Below, in pieces: positions 50,187-64,000 of a stretch of 64,000 bases of DNA. The DNA comes from an uncultured Alphaproteobacteria bacterium (GTDB lineage: Bacteria; Pseudomonadota; Alphaproteobacteria; RF32; CAG-239): assembly GCA_934271465.1 (NCBI GenBank), contig CAKQRQ010000007.1, positions 14,858 through 78,857 on the forward strand. Reading direction: 5' to 3'. Every line of letters begins with the position of its first letter. Position 1 is the stretch's first letter. The position numbers were made by a program, and so were the translations under genes. The notes below the pieces were generated by a model. That model saw only the letters and a list, made by a program, of their open reading frames with translations, was not told the origin of the DNA and ran no database searches.

Positions 50187-51548
50187 TTACAGGGGCAGCT
50201 CAATAACGACTCTCAATCCGCCCAAGGGACCGTCTTCCAAATTTATTTTTCCGCCATGAGCCGTAATAATATCACGGGTAATTGCCAGCCCAAGACCTAT
50301 TCCGCCGGTTTCTTTATTGCGGGAATCTTCCAAACGATAAAAAGCTCTGAAAACATCCTCCCTTTTATCTTTCGGAATCCCCGGACCGTTATCATCGACA
50401 ATAATCCTAACACATCTCGTTCCGTTTTCAATCCGAACAATAACTTTTTTACCATATCGACAGGCATTTGCAACAATATTTGTAATAGCCCGCCGTAAGG
50501 ACTGTTCCTTAGCCACAATTTCTATTTTTTCTTTAGACGAAATAAATTTAACTTTTGCAGGACCTATTTTAAAGCGATTAACAATGTTTTTGACAAGCCC
50601 GTTCATTTCAAAGCTTGACGCCTGCTCATCTTTTTCACCGCGCACAAAAGCCAAATACCCGTTAAGCATTTTTTCCATTTCATCAATATCGGCTAAAAAA
50701 TCCCGCTTATCTTGAGAATTTTCCATCATGGTAACCATAAGCTTCATTCGAGTCAGCGGTGTGCGCAAATCATGAGAAATACCGGCAAGCATTTGCGTCC
50801 GCTCCATAATCTGCTTCAAAATTCTTTGTTTCATCTTCAAAAAAGCTCGGCCGGCCAAACGAACCTCTGACGACCCGTAAGGTTTAAATCCGTCATCATC
50901 AATTCCCTTTCCGAAATTTTCCGCTGTCCGTGCCAAATCCGAAATAGCCCTTACCTGAATTCTTAAAAACAACACCGACACCAAAAACAACAAGACCGAT
51001 GTCGCAACCATCCAGACAACAAACATAAAAATAGATGAAGAAAAGATTTTTTTCTTAGTACAAGCCGCCCGATAAACCACTCCGTCTTTCTTGATTGTAA
51101 CAACCAAATCACTGCCGGAGGCCGCCTTTTCATTCAAAACAACAAACCATTCCCCCGACGGAAAAGTCTTAGCCAAAGCCTCTTTCAAATAAAGAACAAC
51201 TATTGAATCTGTCGGCAAAACATCTTTATCGTCAAAAACGTTTTCCATATCATAAACTTTAAAATCTATCTGAAAGCTGTCTCTAGCCAATTGCCGAAGA
51301 GATGTTTTTGGAAACCCGCCTTCATGCAATTTAACCAAAGCCTGAATATCATCAACCAAATTCTCGGACAACCGCCGCCCCATGCGGCCCCAGCTTCCGT
51401 CAAAGAAGACGACGACAGAGACTATTTGAACAACAATTAAGGGAATAAAAATCAACAACATTGTCCTGAAAAACAATGTCCTCGGTAACAAGCGCCGCCG
51501 CCAAAAAGTAAGCCTGTCTTCAAATTTTTGAGGAAGTTTAATATGCAT
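50187..51548 (-). CDS. Sensor histidine kinase, EnvZ-like
   Basis: It has two TM segments around a periplasmic domain. The H-box [21 protein letters not shown] is close to EnvZ [21 protein letters not shown]. A HATPase_c domain carries the N, G1 and G2 motifs. Confidence 0.8.
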   Translation of the reverse strand: [453 protein letters not shown]

Positions 51549-51559
51549 TCATCTATTTC

Positions 51560-52246
51560 CTAATCAGCTAAAAGCATATACCCTTTTCCGCGTAAAGTTT
51601 GCAAATAACGGGGATTTTTAGAATCTTTCTCTATTTTTTTTCTCAAACGCGTAATTTGAACATCTATTGATCTCGGAGATTGGCCGGCACCTAAAATTTC
51701 GGATAATTTTTCCCTAGAAAAAACCTGTCCGCTTTTAGCCCCCAAAATATTCAATAAACTTTGCTCCACCGGAGTAATATGCAAAAGCTCTCCCCGCTTA
51801 GAAAATAACTCTTTGGTTTGCATATCAAAAACACACAAACCCAAGTCTAATCTTCTGTTCTCCTTTTTCTCGGCCGGTGTTCGCCTCAAAATACTTCCGA
51901 TACGCAGCAAAAGTTCTTTAGGTTCAAAAGGCTTCGCTACATAATCGTCCGCCCCTTGTTCCAATCCGGAGATTCTATTTTCAACATCGCCCATTGCTGT
52001 CAGCATGATAACAGGAACGGCGCTCTCCTGCCGAAGTTTATTCAAAAACTCAAATCCGTTTTCCTGCGGCATCATAACATCTACAATAAGCAGATGAAAC
52101 TTATACTGTGTCAACATAAGCCGAGCTGAGGCAGCATCTTTTGCCGCCGAAACGAGATACCCGTTCTCACGAAGGAACCTTTGTAAAAGATTCCTCAAAC
52201 GGGTATCATCATCAACAACCAAAATATGTTTTTGCTCCTGCTCCAT
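51560..52246 (-). CDS. OmpR-family response regulator
   Basis: The receiver domain has ILVVDDD and a conserved Asp in LLIVDVMMP. A winged-helix C-terminus is present (RGKGYML). Confidence 0.85.
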   Translation of the reverse strand: MEQEQKHILVVDDDTRLRNLLQRFLRENGYLVSAAKDAASARLMLTQYKFHLLIVDVMMPQENGFEFLNKLRQESAVPVIMLTAMGDVENRISGLEQGADDYVAKPFEPKELLLRIGSILRRTPAEKKENRRLDLGLCVFDMQTKELFSKRGELLHITPVEQSLLNILGAKSGQVFSREKLSEILGAGQSPRSIDVQITRLRKKIEKDSKNPRYLQTLRGKGYMLLAD

Positions 52247-52264
52247 ACAAGCTTACCTTAAAAA

Positions 52265-52957
52265 TTATACAGATTTTTTAGAAGAGGCTTTCTTCTTTAT
52301 GGCTTTCGCGTTCTTAGTTGTTTTGGCAACTTTATCTTTTGCCAAAAGAACCGGTTTTTTTAATTTTTCCAATGGAAGCTTAGGCATAGGCGGAATCTTA
52401 GCACACTTTTCGGTTTCACTGATGTAGTCCAAACTTTTTTGAAAATACTGGTATCCGGTAATAAATGTTAAAATACCGGCAATCCACAACAAAACCTCGC
52501 CAATACCGCCCCAATACCAAACACCTTTTAAAAGAATCATGGATAGAGCCGTCATTTGAAATCCTGTTTTCCACTTAGCCAAACGCGTAACGGGAAGGCC
52601 GACATTAACCTCTCTCAAAAACTCTCTCAATCCCGAAACAAGCAATTCACGGCACAAAATAACAATAACAGGAATAAAGCTTAATTTCGTTTCGACCATT
52701 CCGGGCTTAGCCAATAACACAACCAACGCAGATGTAACCAGCAGCTTATCAGCAATCGGATCAAGCAGACGCCCCAAAGCAGAGGTCTCTCCGCGGGCAC
52801 GCGCCAAATACCCATCAAAATAATCCGTAATCGAAGCAATGATAAACAAAACTGCCGCAAAAACAGCCCACCACATTGATGTGATATAGACAGACAAAAA
52901 GATTGCGGGAATAACGACAATCCGAGAGATTGTCAACAAATTTGGAAGCGTATACAT
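52265..52957 (-). CDS. pgsA: CDP-diacylglycerol--glycerol-3-phosphate 3-phosphatidyltransferase
   Basis: The CDP-alcohol phosphatidyltransferase motif DGxxAR...G...D...D is present (YFDGYLARARGETSALGRLLDPIADK). Confidence 0.85.
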   Translation of the reverse strand: MYTLPNLLTISRIVVIPAIFLSVYITSMWWAVFAAVLFIIASITDYFDGYLARARGETSALGRLLDPIADKLLVTSALVVLLAKPGMVETKLSFIPVIVILCRELLVSGLREFLREVNVGLPVTRLAKWKTGFQMTALSMILLKGVWYWGGIGEVLLWIAGILTFITGYQYFQKSLDYISETEKCAKIPPMPKLPLEKLKKPVLLAKDKVAKTTKNAKAIKKKASSKKSV

Positions 52958-53010
52958 AGTTTTTCATCCGATATTAAAGTTAACTTTTTTCTTATACTAA
53001 GTCATTATTT

Positions 53011-54816
53011 TTAATTATGAAAGTAGTTATAAATGTTTTCCGCTGTTTTTTTACTAATTCCTTCAACTTTCATCAAATCATGTAAATTTGCCTCTGCTAC
53101 ATCCTGCGCCGAACCAAAATATTTCAAAAGATCGGCCTTGCGTTTACCGCCTATTCCCTCAATCTCATCAAGGGACGATTTATACATTGATTTTCCACGT
53201 TTTTGACGGTGTGTCCCGATAGCAAAACGATGTGCTTCATCTCGCAAATTTTGCAAATAAAATGCCAACGGAGACCGATATTCAAGCATAAAGCTTTCTT
53301 TATCTTTCAAGTGATAATATTCCCGTCCGGCATTTCTATCCGGTCCTTTGGAAATAGCAATAATCTCTATTCCCGTCAAATCATATCCGGCCAACGCCTC
53401 ATAAACGGCATTAAGCTGCCCGCGTCCGCCGTCAAGCAAAATAACATCAGGCTTATTTTCGGGCGTCAATTTATCAAAACGCCGACGCAAAACCTCTTTC
53501 ATAGAGGCAAAGTCATCTTGTGTATTCAAATTTTCTTTTATATCAAACTTACGATAGTTCTTTTTATCAAATCCGTTCGGCGTCGCCACAATCATAGCCC
53601 CGACAGCATAGCGTCCCTGAATGTGAGAATTATCATAAACTTCTATCCTTTTGGGAATATCCGGCAAACCAAACACATCTTTGAAATTTTCCAAATTAGT
53701 CTTAACTGAGGCTTCCAAGGCAACTTTGCGGCGAATAGCATCTTGAGCATTTTTAACGGCAAACTGAGCTAATTTAAACTTATTTCCGCTCTTTGGAAAA
53801 ATAATCTTTGCCCCCAGAGCCTGCTCCCAAAATTCGGGATTATCCAAATATTCTCCGATAATAATCTCTTTCGGAGACTGGTGTTCCCCATAAAATTCCG
53901 TTAAAAAAGCTTCCAAAACTTCTTGTATCTCTGCCCCTTCTGTCTGAGCCGGAAAATAAACCGCATTGCCGCAGTTTTGACCTGACCTGATAAAAAAGAT
54001 TTCTATTCCGAACAATCCATCTTCACAAGCAACACCGATGACATCAGCTGAAACAAGCCCTGAATATTCGACATTCTGACGCGCTTGTATTGTGCTCAAA
54101 GCACGAATTCTATCACGCAAAACCAACGCCGTTTCAAAATCACACGACGCGCTGGCTTTTTCCATTTGTTCAGAAAGTTCTTTTTGGATAGTTGTATTCT
54201 TCCCCTCCAAAAACGCAACAGCCTTATTCACAAGTTCTCGATAATCCCCAGCCGAAATTTTGCCGACACACGGTGCCGAACAGCGTTTAATTTGATACAT
54301 CAAACACGGACGGACTCTGTTCTTAAAAGAAACATCTCGACAAGAGCGCAGCAAAAAAGCCTTTTGTAATATATCAACCACCGCATTAACAGCAGCAACA
54401 CTGGCAAAAGGCCCAAAATACTTCTTCTTGTCTTTGCGGCTTCCTCGATATTTGGACAACCTCGGATACTCAGCCTCCACGTCAATAACCAAATGAGGAA
54501 AAGTCTTATCATCTTTAAGAAGAATATTGTATCGAGGTTTAAATTTTTTAATCAGTTCATTTTCAACAAGCAATGCCCTTGCTTCATTTTCAACAACAAT
54601 AAACTCCATACGATTTATCTGCGCAACCATTTGCTGCAAACGCACAGGAAGTTTATTAAGATGGGAATAGGCAACAATCCGTTTTTTAATATTTTTGGCT
54701 TTTCCGACATACAAAACAGTCTCGGATGCATCAATCATCCGATATACGCCGGGCTTTTCCGGCGCAATTTTAATATATTCCTTTAAAGTCTCAAGCCCTT
54801 TTTGAATATCAAACAT
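53011..54816 (-). CDS. uvrC: Excinuclease ABC subunit C. I moved the start to MFDIQKGLETL, and the ATG at 54814..54816 is confirmed.
   Basis: It has an N-terminal GIY-YIG domain (PGVYRM...LYVGKAKNIKKR), the UvrC homology region and a C-terminal RNase H-like / HhH domain. Confidence 0.9.
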   Translation of the reverse strand: MFDIQKGLETLKEYIKIAPEKPGVYRMIDASETVLYVGKAKNIKKRIVAYSHLNKLPVRLQQMVAQINRMEFIVVENEARALLVENELIKKFKPRYNILLKDDKTFPHLVIDVEAEYPRLSKYRGSRKDKKKYFGPFASVAAVNAVVDILQKAFLLRSCRDVSFKNRVRPCLMYQIKRCSAPCVGKISAGDYRELVNKAVAFLEGKNTTIQKELSEQMEKASASCDFETALVLRDRIRALSTIQARQNVEYSGLVSADVIGVACEDGLFGIEIFFIRSGQNCGNAVYFPAQTEGAEIQEVLEAFLTEFYGEHQSPKEIIIGEYLDNPEFWEQALGAKIIFPKSGNKFKLAQFAVKNAQDAIRRKVALEASVKTNLENFKDVFGLPDIPKRIEVYDNSHIQGRYAVGAMIVATPNGFDKKNYRKFDIKENLNTQDDFASMKEVLRRRFDKLTPENKPDVILLDGGRGQLNAVYEALAGYDLTGIEIIAISKGPDRNAGREYYHLKDKESFMLEYRSPLAFYLQNLRDEAHRFAIGTHRQKRGKSMYKSSLDEIEGIGGKRKADLLKYFGSAQDVAEANLHDLMKVEGISKKTAENIYNYFHN

Positions 54817-54915
54817 TTTTAAAACCTTTTCCTCTATTATAGGCACTAAAAAAAATATCTCAACAAAAAACCTCCCGATTTTTATCGGGAGGTTTTTAAG
54901 ACGTTCGTCAAACAA

Positions 54916-59100
<4,185 letters not shown>

Positions 59101-59114
59101 CTAACTCCTTTACA

Positions 59115-63338
<4,224 letters not shown>

Positions 63339-63564
63339 AGCTCAAAAAGCCCGAACCCCGTTCGCAAGAGGTTAAAACATGTTTTTTATTTTTTTTTGAA
63401 AAAGCGATTCTTTTATAAAGCCCATCACCCCGAAAGCCTTGCGCTCTCTCGATTAGGCTGACAAAAAATAATAATGCATTATTACGTTTAAACACGTGCG
63501 ATTCTTACCACATTTTTTTTAGATTGCAAGAGCTTATTTCATTGAAAAGACTCTTTTTTCATCA

Positions 63565-63598
63565 AAAAACACCGCCCTATTCAGAGCGGTGTTTCAAA
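63565..63598 (-). terminator. Rho-independent terminator downstream of rplQ
   Basis: The hairpin AACACCGCcctattcagaGCGGTGTT is flanked by A and T runs. Confidence 0.55.
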
Positions 63599-63616
63599 AT
63601 TGAAAGAAACTAAAAA

Positions 63617-64000
63617 CTACTTAGCTTTTTTAGCAGTTGTTTTTTTCGCAGGCTTCTTTTCTTCAGCCTTGGCTTCTGTTTCCTTTGCAACTTTCTTTTC
63701 AGCCTTTTTCTCAGCTTTCTTTTCTTCAGCTTTAGCCTCAGCAGCAGCTTCCTTTTCAGCGGCAGCAATAGCAGCTTTTTCAGCAGCAACGCGAGCCAAA
63801 TCTTTAGCGCCTTTAGCCTTTACATCGCGGTCAACCAACTCAACGATAGCCATATCAGCACAATCACCATAACGGAAACCGGCGCGCAAAACGCGTGTGT
63901 AACCACCATTACGGTTTTTATAACGCTCGGCCAAAGTCGAGAATAATTTGGCAACAACTTCTTCATCACGCAAGAAAGCCAATGCCTGACGGCGATTGTT
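63617..64000 (-). CDS. rplQ: 50S ribosomal protein L17 (bL17), 3' part. The gene continues past the window end. It has an Ala/Lys/Glu-rich C-terminal extension.
   Basis: [47 protein letters not shown] matches the bL17 C-terminal core (E. coli [48 protein letters not shown]). A ~50 aa [11 protein letters not shown] tail follows. Confidence 0.8.
   Translation of the reverse strand, partial: NNRRQALAFLRDEEVVAKLFSTLAERYKNRNGGYTRVLRAGFRYGDCADMAIVELVDRDVKAKGAKDLARVAAEKAAIAAAEKEAAAEAKAEEKKAEKKAEKKVAKETEAKAEEKKPAKKTTAKKAK

Overview
This 64 kb window looks like an AT-rich bacterial chromosome, most likely alphaproteobacterial. That placement is inferred from the split pntAA/pntAB/pntB genes, the ybgC-tolQRA and ruvCAB clusters, and the EnvZ/OmpR-like pair next to pgsA-uvrC. 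On the plus strand the window opens with partial lptD, surA and rsmA. Two tRNA loci follow, then gpsA, a split chrA, pntAA-pntAB-pntB, an Mla/Pqi-like MCE ABC transporter operon, motAB and nagAB. The far end carries a long minus-strand run of core genes: rplQ (partial), rpoB, rpoC, uvrC, pgsA, the two-component pair, groESL, rpsL-rpsG-fusA-tuf, a large flagellin, ruvCAB, ybgC-tolQRA, ldcA, tRNA-Trp-secE-nusG and mscL.

The accessory content sits between about 17.5 and 29.5 kb. Two paralogous genes for secreted, Cys-rich, repeat-containing surface proteins each have a nearly identical upstream region of about 215 bp. In each, a strong outward-facing sigma70 promoter is bracketed by two 28 bp dif-like sites (11 bp arm, 6 bp spacer, 11 bp arm) in inverted orientation. 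I read this as a duplicated, recombinase-driven invertible promoter switch, and it is my top candidate for an undescribed system.

Between the two copies lies a very AT-rich islet inserted at tRNA-Gln and bounded by a direct repeat of about 130 bp. It carries a GIY-YIG/DUF4357-like nuclease gene convergent with a DUF3800-like gene. Downstream of it are iteron-like repeat arrays around a truncated S51 peptidase fragment. Smaller points are a frameshifted HAD-IIA gene, a duplicated 3' end of tRNA-Ser, an MscL with a C-terminal zinc ribbon, and a BacNav-type channel with a TLDGW filter.
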